Assembly (NCBI RefSeq): GCF_964355755.1
Contig: NC_092677.1
Coordinates: 2,068,101-2,132,100 of the forward strand
Length of the DNA stretch: 64,000 nt
Origin: Antedon mediterranea
Taxonomy: Eukaryota; Animalia; Echinodermata
Direction: 5' to 3'
Of this stretch, positions 37,343 to 51,900 are shown piece by piece (position 1 is the first letter of the stretch; every line of letters begins with the position of its first letter). The translations under genes and the position numbers were made by a program. The notes under the pieces were generated by a model. The model did no database searches. It had not been told where the DNA came from and was given only the letters and a program-made list of their open reading frames with translations.

Positions 37343-37640
37343 TTTGAATGGTAGAGCTAACTGTCCGCAAACTGTCGGGTTTCATGCAGTGCTTTTAAAG
37401 TTAATTGTTGATGGCGCTATTTATATATTTCTTTTAGAATTTTTATTCAAATCTTCCCACTGAAAATAATTGTTGTTTTGTTTAATATGCAATTTTAATG
37501 TCACATAAAAATAATAGTTGTTCACTTTTACCAAAAATTTGAAAAAAAAAAGGTTTTCCTGTACTTGTACACGGTAATTTAAAGCATAAAATAATAAAAT
37601 TGACTGGAAGTCAGTGGGTTTTTGGTTGAATTTAAAGATA

Positions 37641-37678
37641 CTAGAGGGTGAGCTCGCTTCGCTCGCTCCCCTCTCTAG
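37641..37678 (-). mobile_element. Possible Helitron/Helentron-like 3' terminal hairpin
   Basis: On the - strand, GAGGGGAGCGAGCGAAGCGAGCTCACCCTCTAG|T is a GC-rich stem-loop ending in CTAG before T. Confidence 0.3.
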
Positions 37679-39841
37679 GAAGTGTAGACGATGGTTCTCG
37701 GAATGATAATGTTCTTCTTGTATGTTTTCTGTCGGTTACCATTATTGAAAATGCTTGACATTCGTAAAACTAAACTATTCTGTTTCACAGTGTCTTAGAT
37801 GATTAATAACATTTTAAAGTATAGTCTTTATTATTTGGTAGGGCCCTTATAGGGCGGAGGTGGGGTGGCGGAGTTCATTTGAGGGAGGTGCTTATTCGAG
37901 TGATATATGTTAATTTTTTTAGTTTTAATAATGGTAACATTTATAATCAAATGAAATCCTCTAATAGATATGAAAAGTGGTAAAAAAGAATAACAAATGC
38001 TTGGTAAATTGTAGATAACAGTGCGATGAATTCTACTACAAATAGTATAATTGTGTTTTTATTATAAATGTGGATGGGATGGACGTTTATTAGATAGTTG
38101 GGTTGGGGGGGGGGGATTATTATTCAAAGTGATGTTTAATATTGGAGAGGCGTTTATTCAAATAAATAACATCCTAATAAGTAGTAATACATTATTTAAT
38201 TTAAACATCTTTTGAAACTAACTGCCGTGACAGAGTGGGCCGTTTCGGCCCAAGAAAGAAGACATTACGGCTTGCAACATGGGCAGACATCTCGGTCCTA
38301 ACGGGACACAGATAGCCTACAGTTATTCCTGCCAGCTTACTTAATAAAACTCAGCTATCGGGATTTCACTCGATTAATGTCTTATCATCAAATCTCCCTA
38401 TGTAATTTTATAATACTATTCCCCACAATATATTCCGATTCTTTATGGCGTATATTTAATTTGATCTTTATTAATTTGCAGTATAATTTTTATTTTTTAA
38501 CTACTGTATCTTTCACACGCGCGGTCCATTCCTAAAATAAACAAAAAACTAAAATGGCTATGACTAATGGCCAACTTAAGCTCCAGTCTTACTATCTGTT
38601 TTTTTCTTCCGTCTTCCAAAGGGACACTGTATTGATTGATGGAAAGTGCCTGTTTCCAGTCACCTTTAGGGTCAAATCTATTATTTTAACTGCTCCCTTG
38701 TGTATAAAAGAGAGAAAATAGTTGAAACCATGTTGCTGCAAGGTGAACTTATCATAAACCCGGAAATTACTTGACCGCCAAAAATTGAAATTGAGTAGAA
38801 AATCTACTGTTGAAATCATAATGTTGTTAAAAAACTCTTTATAATATCTTCCCAAGATAGAAATATGGAAAAATAGCGTCGAACTGAACACTAATGTTAT
38901 CAAATCTACGTTTCGCGGTACACCTGAGATAGATAAGGTACGTATCCAGGGCGGAGATTTGTACCGAAGTTTTTGCATTGTGCTCGCCTATGTCAGAATT
39001 AACCATAATTTATATATAGATTGTCCCATAAACAATGTTTTTAATATGTAATTTTAATGTCATATAATAGTTATTCACTTTGGCCAAAAACTAGATCAAA
39101 ACAAAATTATTTACCTGAAAAAATGTAATTTTAAAAAAAACCACTTAAATTGTCTGTCATACAATGGTTTTTGTCATTTTAATAATTTTTTTTTTTTGTA
39201 AATAAATTTAATAAAACTTTATGAAAGTCTGATTTTATTAATTTTTCATGTTTTTGGGGGAAAATAAATCTTTAAGGATTTAGTTTGCCTTTTAACACAT
39301 TTATTTATTTAATTTTTTTTTTCTACGGAAGTTATTAACTTTACTAAAACTGCAAAATGACCTTTTCAAAGTCGTCGCCCCATAACGAGATTGTTACTAC
39401 GTCACACGTATTACGCATTAGTGATTTTAATGTTGAAAAGAGTTTACTGTTTATACAAACGTACAAACGAACCTGTTGAAAGCCTCAACGATACTAATTA
39501 TTATACACTGATGTTTGTTGCTATGAGGGGTCACAATAGATACTTAATGTTGTTGTTAGGTAACCAAGCGGAGTGCCAATCGGGTCAAAATCTGTCGTGC
39601 TGCGAGCTGCATACAACAAAGATAGTAGTAGTCCCGTAGTAGTCTGACGACCGATAGGCCTAGAGCTAATTTCCTCTGCTTTTTTTACAAATTTAAATAT
39701 TCGTTAATGATAATTTGAAATAATAAATATTCCGTGCTTTTATTTGGTTGTATTAAAACAACACACATGACGCTGTTGTTAATTTGATAGGACAGTACAC
39801 TACACATTTAACTCGTAGACGATCGCTGAGGAGGCTTCAAC

Positions 39842-42800
39842 ATGCCGAGTGCATTTGAACAGCAACCAGCCACCGCAGGCTCTCTGACCAGCCAAGAAAT
39901 TGAATTGCTGAATGAACAATTTCCGAACTTCACTTGCATTTGTGAACTTTGTGACTGCGGGTAAGTTTTCAACGACGTTCAATTAATATTAATTCATTTC
40001 AACTTAAACCGGTCATATCACCTAAAACGTTTGTGACTACCAAGTTCTTCGTTGACGCACGCATATGCCTTAACTTAAGTCAATTAGACCTACAGGTACC
40101 GCTAAGTAAAATAATGTGATACGAAATAAATAGTAGATCCTTATTAATATAATTTGAAAAAGCCATGAATACTTGATCACCAGCACCTGTACATGAGTTG
40201 ACACTCACTTATAGTTTGGTACCTGAAATATATATACGTAACTATTTTCTTGTTTTAAAACTAGCGAAGAGAAACTTCCCTGTTTAAAACAAAATGTATT
40301 TGTAAGCTCTGTCTATCTGGTTTGACCAAAAAAAAGTGTGATGTGCCAAATATGGTAGTGATATGCCCAAATATGACAGTGATACGATATCATCATGTCC
40401 ATATATGGACCCTCATTATGATTTTCAATCTGAATTCGGAGTAAAAAAACACTTGTGGCATTCCAGCATTTTTTTGCTATAGCATTTGATAAACATGCCT
40501 AGCAATAATTAAGGTTGACGTTCTGTAACATTTGGCTATATACACTTACGAAAATAATGTTAGCTCAACAGCGAACATGGCAATAATTGAGCAATTGTTA
40601 TGATTCTTAATATATCCAAGGCCGCCGGACAAAAAAGAAAAAAACAAAACAAACACAAACAAATGTTCAGACGACGTCAAGTGAAAGATGACAGGCACTC
40701 TGTAGACTTTGGAACTGTTGGTTCAGTCATTCTATCAATTATCTACCAAATTCAAATGCACGTACGACTATCATTTTTTCATTAATGTGCGCTAAATCTA
40801 TAATTACCAACGGTAGTTATTAAACATTACGTGATGCGTCACGTGTATGACGTGTTTCTAAAAAATAAGTCGTCACCGATTACTGTTTAACCCACGCCTT
40901 GAGAAAAGTCTTCTAATCTAACCATTACCTTCCCTCATCATCAACTATCTATGCTTTAGCATTAAATAAGCAATAACTTAATTTACAATTCTTTCATAAT
41001 TGTACGTACTTTTTCAGTCGTCATGTTCACCACAAGGATTGTAAAAAACGCGCTAAACCAACCAAACCAGTTGACAAAGATTGCACACTTAGCGATTACC
41101 AACGAACGTACGTAGCGTATCCTGGCAACCGCAGAAGATTACCCATCATTCCCCCTGCAACACCACGTGATCGTAACCGACCTCCGATGGACTTGAACAC
41201 AATCCAACGCACAGACTTCGTCAATTGCCCTGTAGTAAAACCGGAAAGAATTACACAGGTAAGCGGCCTTTGTAATGACGTTATATTACGTCATAGATAA
41301 TACCAATGTCACACACCACCATAGACGTCAATATTGGGTCAGAAAATAATTATATCTAACTTAACATTTAGAATATTTTTTTATGACAGAAACAAACTTA
41401 CGAACCATCTAACGTTCCATTGGACGGAAACACGGTGTATAAAATGACGTACCCGGGTCACGTTGCTTTTCCGAATATCCAAATGCGCCGACCAATGACG
41501 AAACACGGACGAGGAAACACTTCGGCGAAGTTCGATTCCCGAACAACAAACAAGGAGCAGTTTAAACATTGGAACAGTAACCCAGCTCCCTCATTTAGTG
41601 AATATCCTTCTTTTACAGGTAACTTATAACTTATTCACCAAAGATTATTCAATATTGGTATATTATAGGTTGATGAACCTAATTCAAATGATGCGAACAT
41701 TCACGCGAAAGTGCTTTAATGGCACCTACCATCAAAGACACTTATTGTTCACGTCCACTCTAACGGAACGTCTAAACCCTACAGTGATATCTATTTCGAA
41801 GCAAAGTCTGTGCAGACCACCTATTTATGTCGTGATAGTAAAACGTTGTTTTGAATTAATTTCAGGTTCGATTATTTACCCTGGAAAAATGGAACAAATG
41901 AAATCAACGACCCAACACGATTTCCCGGGCGCTATTGCTGAACCAGTTAAAATGGTTAAAATTGCCGAAGGCAATTTATCATTAGAAGGTATATGATCAC
42001 TTTTTGTGTTAATAATATTGTTATTCGGTCTAGCCTCATACTCTTTCCAACAGAATACATTATGAATAATGCAAAAGAATTCAAATAAACCACATGTTTG
42101 CGTCAGATTATTGCAGATTCGCGTCAACCAGATGATGAGCGTCACACGTTCAAATACCAGAATGTGTTTGGCCACTATGTGCTTAGTTTACGATAATGGC
42201 AACCCATCACATATATATTTCATTGCAGGACACCACGATCATTTAACTGTTAACCAGGCTACGTACCTTGATAATGGTACTGGTCATCGAGCAGAACGTG
42301 TGAAACGCAACCCCACGATCAAAACGCAAGGCCACTTCCACGGCAAGACGCAGCACATGTACGACTTCCCCACGTATCGTAGTCAACCTCTTCCAGCAAA
42401 GCCAATTACGCCACCACCTTCCACGATACGTCTGAGCATGGACTCAAGGTAGTACCAGTCGTAGCTGCAGTAGGCCTATATGTTATTCATTCTTCTTTCT
42501 TTTTTAAATCATGTCTAATGGTAATACATCAATACTAAATGTACGTGATTAATAACATTGAAAGATAGAACAATTCTCCGTAGAGTGTTTCTCAAAAACT
42601 TCCGAGTAGGCGCTACATTCAGAATTCAAACCAACCATCCTGTCACATGACTCGTGAATCGTCTGTACTTAATATTAAGTGCATTGATCTGAACATTAGT
42701 TACGTGATTGTATACATCAATGACGTCACCGTGTTATTTAAGCCTACTTATTTCACATGCAAATGTTAACATTGTATTTTATTATTCTAATTTTAGATTA

Positions 42801-43667
42801 GAATTTAAGACGGAGCAGCAAATGGAGTTTGGAGGGCACGATGTGAAAACCAACCCAAAACGAGAATTAATCAGACATGATTTGGACGAGTATAAACCGC
42901 CAAACGTCAGCTTTGAAACAAATACAACCAACAAGGTGCGTACACACAATGATAACGTGTTGCGTATCACGTTAATACGGGGCGCAATTTGAGACAAAGA
43001 CACGAGTAGGTTTCGACAGTGTTGAAACATACCAGTCTACAATGTTTTCCCTCTTCAATTCAATTATCGATGGGACGTCCCAGCTTGCAGTGACAAAACT
43101 CGTTCGTTTCACTGGAATAGGGGGTGACCCAAATGAGGGGTTCTCTATAATATTGTATTAAAATATTATTTTTGTTTTCAGATGACGTATAAACCAATCG
43201 ATTTGAAAGCAGCCCACATTCCACCGTCTCACCGCCGACCGCACACCAAACAGAAACCGCGCTCTGCGACCTTCCACGATCAGACAATAAACAAGAAATT
43301 CTACAAAGATTGGAAAGTTAAGCCAAGAGTACGATACGGAGACTTCCACGAAACTACCTCATCGTACGTGAAGCCGCAGGGCAGCATGGAGATACAGTCA
43401 TGGACTGGGGCTACGTTCACTCCGAAGAAATCGGAGCCAGTAGAGAATTTCAAGCCAGACCCGGCACCCATTGAACACTCGGGGCAGTTTGACTTTATGA
43501 CAGTGCATCAAGACACGTACAAGGGTACACGACCACAGTTATGTAAGGCACAAGCATACCTACTACAACAACAGCTGAAAACACGCAAGGGGCTAAAAAA
43601 CATGCCTAACAAACAGACACTTGGCGATTATGTCGAAAAACGAAAGGACGGTTTGGCGGTAACTTAG
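39842..43667 (+). CDS. SAXO: Stabilizer of axonemal microtubules (SAXO/FAM154) family protein
   Basis: Exons 39842-39960, 41018-41258, 41390-41618, 41866-41988, 42229-42448, 42797-42935 and 43182-43667. N-terminal CICELCDCGRH motif, plus repeated Mn-type motifs (TIQRTDF, TVYKMTY, TTNKEQF, STTQHDF, TVHQDTY). The exact paralog is not assignable. Confidence 0.85.
40304..40410. mobile_element. MITE family 1, partial copy
   Basis: Left end agctctgtcta and core ccaaatatggtagtgatatg. Confidence 0.65.
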
Positions 43668-44580
43668 TGGAACCAAAAACGGTACCAAGACGGGTTCCGA
43701 TCCCTTGGTGCGTACTTTTGGACTAAAACTGTCAAAACCAGTTGGTTGTCTTTTAAAAAAATTATATTCAGAAAAAATATTCATTTTAAGGCTGACCTTT
43801 TCATAACTTAATTAAGAAAATGAATTCCCGTTGAACTTGTCACCGGAATTGAAAATATTACCTTAAATTACATTATCGATCAGCACGTACTAAGTATTAT
43901 ATAAAAAGTAAGCATTACCACGTCTCTCCAACCAGTTTTCCAAGTTCGAAAACCAGCCGCCATTTTATGATTTGTCTTTGTTCTCAGTCCACAAATCACA
44001 GTCATACATTAAAAACGACTATAAAAAATATGTTTGTAACATAATTCGATAACAATATTTTTTTTTCATTTGTGGTTAAGTTAAGCGACTCCAATTCTAC
44101 TTAATGTCATTTTTGTCCTTCTTGTCAAATGAGTCATTTTGAAAAGTTGTTAGCAGAAGTTTTGTAGCCTTGAGAACTGTCATGGAGATTATTAGACCCA
44201 CTTAAATAATTATACAATTGTTTAAAATAGATAGAATATACATATTTACTAATACATGGGTACGTACATGCACGTTTCCAGATATTCTGTGTTCACTCTT
44301 GACTTGCCAACAGTCGTTCCATGATGTCTAAATAACATTCATTCCCAAGCCAACATACATCTAACATACTTCCTGGGGAATAATGTAATATACATGTTAA
44401 TGTATGTTGTGCCAATTATTATGAACATAGAACAACATTAATAATATAAAACCATTAGGTAAACATCATGTAATATGTGCAAGGGTGTGAATTAATGTAC
44501 AGATTCATTTAACTGGTTTTACTACATTATAATACCAATTATAATTCGAAAGGTCCGGAAAAAAGTAATAACATTCATAA

Positions 44581-44651
44581 TACGGGGCGCCGTTTGGAAC
44601 AATGTTACAACAGAACCATTCTGTAAACACAATTATATACGGCGCCCCGTA
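44581..44651. repeat. 13-bp perfect inverted repeat (mini-MITE or hairpin)
   Basis: tacggggcgccgt (44581-44593) and acggcgccccgta (44639-44651). Confidence 0.75.
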
Positions 44652-44936
44652 CTTATTATTAGTGTGTATGCCTATTTCGTATCGTATCGATATCCTTTAT
44701 CATTTACTTTCAATACGGTGCTGTGTATTTCACATTGCTCTCAGAGATGTGTTTCAACTTCATTTAACTGATCAGCAAATTGTGTATTTTAATTTAGATT
44801 TACATGTTTTACATTTTTACTGTCCGCTACGAACGTGCGCAATTTATTATCTTTGAAGGGTAAGAAGCCTACTGTACATAATAAATATTTATTTGAGTAA
44901 TATTCATATAAGACTTCAGCAAACTTCTTCTTAATT

Positions 44937-45089
44937 AAGCTCCGTTTACACTATTGTACCAAACTTTATGTGACAAAAAAAATGATGTGCTTATATGGAC
45001 ATGATGATGTCATACCACCACCATATTATGGCACATTACACTTTTTTTGTCACATGAAGTTTGATAGTGTTGACAGCTCCAGAGCTTAA
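44937..45089. mobile_element. MITE family 1 copy
   Basis: TTA|AGCTCCGTTTACAC..CAAACTTTATGTGACAAAAAA ... TTTTTTGTCACATGAAGTTTGATAGTGT..AGAGCT|TAA. Confidence 0.8.
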
Positions 45090-45844
45090 TACTATTCAAT
45101 TCAGCTGGTGGCACACGTTTGTTTTCACACTAGTACGCACACAATGCGGACCAAACCACAAGGGGACACTTCGTCATACGTAAACAAAAGGAAGATGACC
45201 AGCTTAACGAATAATCCTCAGAGCTACGGCAAAGAAATCCACATAATAAGCTGTTGGACGATTAATTCAATGTGGTTCAATTGCAACTGGCATGGTCATA
45301 CAGGGACGTCACAAATAGGTTTCGACCGTCCTGAAGCATAATGACCTTTATTTTTTATGACGCGTCACACGACTAGCAGCTATTGAGTTCAAAAGTCATG
45401 AACCCATTATGTTTCTGAGCGTGTGCAAAATTACTTTTAAACTCGATAGTATTTGCGTAGTTTTGAAAGCGACCATTGCGAAAACGATAAGTCGCTAAAG
45501 AGCGAAGAGGGGCCAGGGACTTATATTAGTTCCGGTCAATCCTAGGAAACTATACTACAGATGATAATGGTCACACAGCTGTTTCGCTCTCAAGACAACT
45601 TCCGTTGGGAAATACAGTATATTCACAGACAATATAATTATATCAAATCTGAACTTTACCATGTAAATTTAACACCAAGTTTAACCTCAATGTACTTACC
45701 TAAATATTAGATTAATTTTAGCAGCATCTGGTGAAGCCTAACTAAACTACCGTACTCAAAGAAGTTAAAAATTTCGTTGATGGCGCTGTTTATACCTATA
45801 ATAAGAAACCGCAGAGCGAAAGGAGACCAGTTGATGTCAGAGCG

Positions 45845-45850
45845 TATAAA
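45845..45850 (+). promoter_or_regulatory. Candidate TATA box of the Kazal-domain gene
   Basis: GCGTATAAAGG, ~130 nt upstream of the signal-peptide ATG. Confidence 0.4.
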
Positions 45851-45976
45851 GGCCTTGTTACTCTATGTCTTAAATATAGGATTTATATATTGTACTACAG
45901 GATATCCGTTTGTGTACCGTTTGTCTGTAAGGCAATTATTCATATTATGATACATAGCGAATGCAGTTGTCACAAA

Positions 45977-48900
45977 ATGGTGTTACTTTTCAGCGGTCTT
46001 TTATTTATTTCTGTAATGCTGACTAGTATGGGTGGTACGACCAGTGTAAACGCAGCCTTAACCGGTAGGTATACTTATATTACTACAAACAATCTAAGAT
46101 TACCATGGATATATAAATTTAGCAGTGTCAGGTTAATTTATTGTTTCCTCACTAATTCCTAAAACACATTTTGAACTGGCTTACGGCTGTGGTCTAGTCT
46201 GGGTTCTTGAAAGGTCACACTGGCTGTTGTATATTACACAGATGTACTTAATAATAAATATTAATAACTTATATATATACTGTATTATACATATATACAC
46301 ATATATACTTATATGTAATATTAGTAACTTTATTCCGTCAAGACATCCTCGAGGATCTTCGGTTTTGATTCGCAGAAAGACAAAACATTTTACTTTTATT
46401 TAATGTATTCGTTATACTTCGTGCACGCGAGGGGATGGCACACGCGAGGGGATGGTGCACGCGGGAGGATGGCCCACACCCACTCAAAATTTACAATGCA
46501 AAAATAGGATACTCTGTTCAGCACCTAATTAGGTTATATGCATTATCATGCATATAACCTTATTTTACAATTATTATCATCCTGCCTACCGTTATCGGTG
46601 AGTTATTATCATCCTGCCTACCGTTATCGGTGAGTTATTATCATCCTGCTTACCGTTATCGGTGAGTTATTATCATCCTGCCTACCGTTATCGGTGAGTT
46701 ATTATCATCCTGCTTACCGTTATCGGTGAGTTATTGAAATATTCGAATTCAGTGGAATTTTATTTTATATTTTCTTTACAAAGAAACCATTTTTTTTCAT
46801 TTATTAATAGAAAACATACGATTATGAACAAACATGTGGTTAACAGCAGTTTATTTTTATATTATAAACTCCCATTGATAGTTGTTAGCCGTATCACACT
46901 GGGGTATGTTGCGTAAACGCCGTTCCATTACTGGGGGATGTAAACGCGGGTTAGTATTTCGGCGTGTGTGGAGGTTAGTGACGCCGAATTATTCATCCAT
47001 GTAAAAAAGAAAGAAAAGGAAAGTGACATGAGAGAAGGAGGAAGGACGTTTGGCCGGCAGCTCTTAATGAATAAAAATAAAGAGGTTAGGTTAGCCATTA
47101 CTATAACAACCTATACAAAACGGTACCATTTGATAGTCTTAAGCTCTGTCTACACCGTCAAACATTATGTGACAAAAAAATGTGATTGACATTATGATGT
47201 CATAACACTACCATATTTGGGCATATCACTACCATATTTGGGCATATCACTGCCATATTTGGGCATATCACTACCATATTTGGGCATATCACTACCATAT
47301 TTGGGCATATCAAACTTTTTTAAACAGAGCTTTAGTGGTCGGAACCAGCATTGAAACATATTATTATGCTACGTTCGTTGGTTAAACATTTTAGCATAAA
47401 AAACTTAAAATGACAAACATTAATATCAGGCATTGTTTTTGATAAATTGATCAACGATTCGTTCAATTTTTTTTTTACAATTTTGCGACCATTTCGTTTT
47501 GAAAAAATAGAAAATTAAATCTCGCGGCTATAAAATGTGATGAGGCAAGGCATTACATTACATTTGAAAGTAATGGTTTTTGTCATTGATTAATTATAAC
47601 ACTAGCTGTTGTGTGAAGTGAAGCCTATCCCTAAAGCACTGCTGTACAGTTATATCTATATATAAATTTACGTAAGGGCAAAATTCGGTAAATCGCGCGT
47701 AATTTCTAGAATGTTTACTCGATGGTATGTAAAGTTGGTTCGTACTTTCGGTACTGATTTTAACCACCTGATGTAACCCTGTTTACTAATTAAATTGAGT
47801 TCGATAATTAGTTATTGACGATTAAAACGAATTTAGGTTCAACGATTTGCCCCAAATAGGGGTGTTTTCCGATCGTGGTATACACTGTCTAATGTATATC
47901 CATCTTGAAAAATACCCGCAGACAATAATACGAGGATGCTTCGCATTTTCCTATCTCCTCCTACGATAATTGTTTTTAATGGCTGAAAACCGGTTGATCA
48001 GCTCGAGTACAGCATCATAATGTTGAAGACAGGCCGATTTTCTTTTAAAAACACTATTTTGATAGATTTAATATACGTTTATTCAAATGTATTGATTTGA
48101 AATGAATGGAACATTACAATCTCTGTTCCACAAGTGTCTATTCCTTCAGGTGTCGTAAAGGCAAGTACTGTATACTCATAACAGAAATTTGATCCATTTT
48201 TTTTTCAATTTGTGCTGCAGAGGTTGGATATAGATTTTTTTTTTAAACGGATAATGAGCTAGCGTTTTCAGTCGCCGTATATTATGTACAAATCATTATT
48301 ATTGCAATTAAACCACCCACGTGACATCATCATCCTTCCCTCACTACACTGGCATGAGTAGCGTTGTAAAGCCAGTAGAGGATAGGCCTACGGTGCATCA
48401 CATGCCCTAAACGCAGAACAACTTTGGTGGGTAGGGTAGGAACCAACTTAAGTATGAATTGGCTCTAAGAAACAATTGGAAACCATTAGGCCTACTAATT
48501 AAGTTGAGTTAGATAATTTAATATTTATTGACGATTAAATCGAATGTATGATTTGCCACGAATAGGTGGTTTTCACTAATTGTTTTACATTATATAAACA
48601 TATACACGTCGTAGTGATGTATCATTACATGTACTGTACTATTTCAATCGACTAGGACGGTGATAGTTTCAACAAAGTATTACATCGCAATGTTTTACTG
48701 TGTTTAGTGGTATATTATTTGTAAAACATGAAAACAATTAATATTTCGTTACTACATTGATAAAGAATATATTTAAAAATTGTTCCTCTTTGCACCCATC
48801 CTCTTTCCTATCCCTCAACCCTAATGTTACATACAAAACACAAATTAAGTTTGTTTAAATTTGACTTAAACAATTGGTCTCATTTTGTGACAAGTTTCTC

Positions 48901-51900
48901 TTTCGGAAGTAATTCCCAGGGTACTAATTTTAGTTCAGTACATAAATCACAGTGTCTATTTATTCGTTCCTGTAAACGACATGTATTATTGTCCTGCGGT
49001 ACGTACATTTGAAATCGCCAGTTTTTTAACGCTGAAATTATTATGTATTCGAATATATTAATGTTACCTTGAAAATATCGAAAGGTTACACAAAGGGAAA
49101 TACAATATGACTATTTATAAAATCAAATTAAAATATAACACTAAACGAACCACAATGTTAGGACAATTGTAGATATATCGACAGCTGTACACAATGTGAT
49201 AGTGTACAGGAGTTAAAGGGAATGAGTAGCAGTTAAACATCATGACGACCTATCGTTTTCAAGACGCGCCGCAACACACGACGACTACGCAGCTATCAAG
49301 TTGAAACGTCATTGCGCATGTTTCTGATTCGTACAGTCGCTTGTCATTGGTCGCTTGCGTTGCGTGTTTAGTGGCAACCAAGCCTAAAGCTCTATCTACA
49401 CTATGAAACTAGTTTGACAAAAAATGTGTGATGTGCCCAAATATGGTAATGATATGCTTAAATATGGTAGTGATATGACATCATATCATATGGGCACATC
49501 ACATTTTTTGTCACATAAAGTTTGATAGTGTAGAAAGGCTAAATTGATTCCAATAATTTGTTCATGAGATGGTAATACCAAGTCGTACTAGGGTACCATA
49601 ATAGGGCTATGACCGTTCAATTGGACGTACCCGTGCGTGCCCTCAATATTGCGAACCATGATTAAGCTATAATACTCGATGTTGATCATGACAAATTGAA
49701 AAGGTATACCGGAAGTTAAGGACAGTGATGCAACACACAAAAATTAGCAGTTTGTTTTCTGCCCCGATCGTCCAGAAACGCGAGTTACATGAGATGAGGT
49801 GGGGTGGGGGGGGGGGGGTTACCTTCTGGCTGGTGTGGTAGGATGTTGTGATGGCATGTGGTAACTCTCTCCATCACGTTTTCCCAATCAGATGTGAATG
49901 CGTCCCGGCAACATATTTAGGACAAGGATGATTGTATTACTGCTTACGCTCACAATAATATCCACGTCGAAGCACTCCCACAAGTGTGTCTATCAACATT
50001 GTATCAACCCATTCGCGATGAACGCAACTTGTCAATACAATTTGAGTATAATTTTTTATGTTGACAACCAATCCTAGCTAACTTCACATTACATTACAAT
50101 CGGAAATTATTCATTCATCTTTTATTTCGAAAAAAATAATTCTCCATAGCTCAAAAACAAATTAGTGTCTACATTATTATAAATATAAAGGAAGAAAAAT
50201 ATATGACGCCTAGTAGTAATAACATCTGTACAGCGACGTACGCACACACTCGACCGATTGGAACATATACTGCTGACGATGTAGGAAGTCATACCGAATA
50301 TAATGCGAGTATTATTATGAAAACCCGGATTACTATAACCGATACCCAAATAAAATTTGGTTCTTCTCACTTTTCGCACAGATATAGTAAATTCCTTCAA
50401 AGAGCAAACATTTTGTAAATACTTTCTTAGCAGCAATTGATTTATTAAAATCTTTTCTTCAATTACTTTTTTTTTGCATTTCAATCGTGCATAGGTCAAT
50501 TTTGTCAAGACCTGTCGCTATGTTCTGATTACTTCAACTTTCACAAGTTACTTCCGATTTAGCATCGCCTTTCCAGATAAATTCCACCAAAGTAGGCATG
50601 CCCATACCCATGCAATCAACTAATAAAAATAAACTTGGGACCGGCAGCTGACATTAATGTGATTCATTTAATGAGCGCGAACTTAAGTCTTATACATCTG
50701 ACTAACTTTGTGGTTCACAGTAGAAAGTGGTTCACATGATATAGCAGACAGCTGGATTATCGAGGTTGTTACATAATGATTATTGCGATGATCTGTGGTG
50801 AGATATTAACCTTGTTATGCGTCAGTGAATTATAAAATAATATTAATATTAATTCCTATCTCATTCCATCGGGATGATAACACAATTAATACTTAACATA
50901 ATATCATTGACATTGAATGTCTGACGTATTTTAACTTTATTTGTAATGCTTTAAGTTTGAGATGAAGTAAGTGGGTTTCACGCAAGAGAAAAAAAAAGAC
51001 GATACATACGTACATACATACATAATTATTTCACCGTGTCTGTTGTATACAAACTTGGGATGGTTATCTAGTAACTTAACATAATAACTAAAATAATAGA
51101 CCAAACATTAATCGATCAATCAATATAACTGTAATCAATATTTGCATCAAAAGTGATCCAATAGGTTGTAATCGGTCATTTATACAAAATAATGTGTTTC
51201 CAGTATATTTTGACAAACACCCAAGGCAATGACGTGGGCCCATATACTTGATATTGATATTTTTTAAATAGTTTATCAATTTTAAAATCTAAAATTGCAA
51301 GTTGTTTAATGTTTATTGTGTTCTCTTTATCAGCCTGTTAGTGGAGGTTGTATCATATCTCTGTTGGTTGTAAATTGAATAAAATAAAAATATTGTAGAC
51401 ACACTTTTCTTGTAACAACACTTTAAACAACCTTTTTTTTTAATTCACTGTCCATGTTTCGTGAAAAGTTGTTGTTGAATATCTTAGACATTTAGGTTGA
51501 CAGATTTGATTTGTATTTGTACTTTTATTTTCAAATATTTATATAATCCAAAGGCAAAATACTGAACAATTCTGTGGGTATCAGTGGCTGGATGATCTCA
51601 ATGGAGATATTGTAATTGTATCTATAATGCAGATTTGAAGTGAAATAAAAGTTATTGAGTTTCCCTCACGAAAGAAAAAAAAAATTATATAAAAATGGCA
51701 TGGAAAGTGCATTCAAAATAGGTTGTAATTGGCAAATTACAAAAACATTTTTTCCAGTATATTTTGGCAAAAAATCATGGTAATGTAGGCATATAGACAC
51801 TTTTATCGTAACAGTGGCGTAAAGCAGAGGCCTGAGGCCCCTGGTTTAGGAGAGCCCAAGTGGTCCTCCAATTACGCTGGAAACACAATGGCAGACAATA

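Noticed and set aside
38592-38978. 128-aa ORF on the - strand
   Set aside because: No recognisable motif, a non-ATG start and no supporting exon chain.
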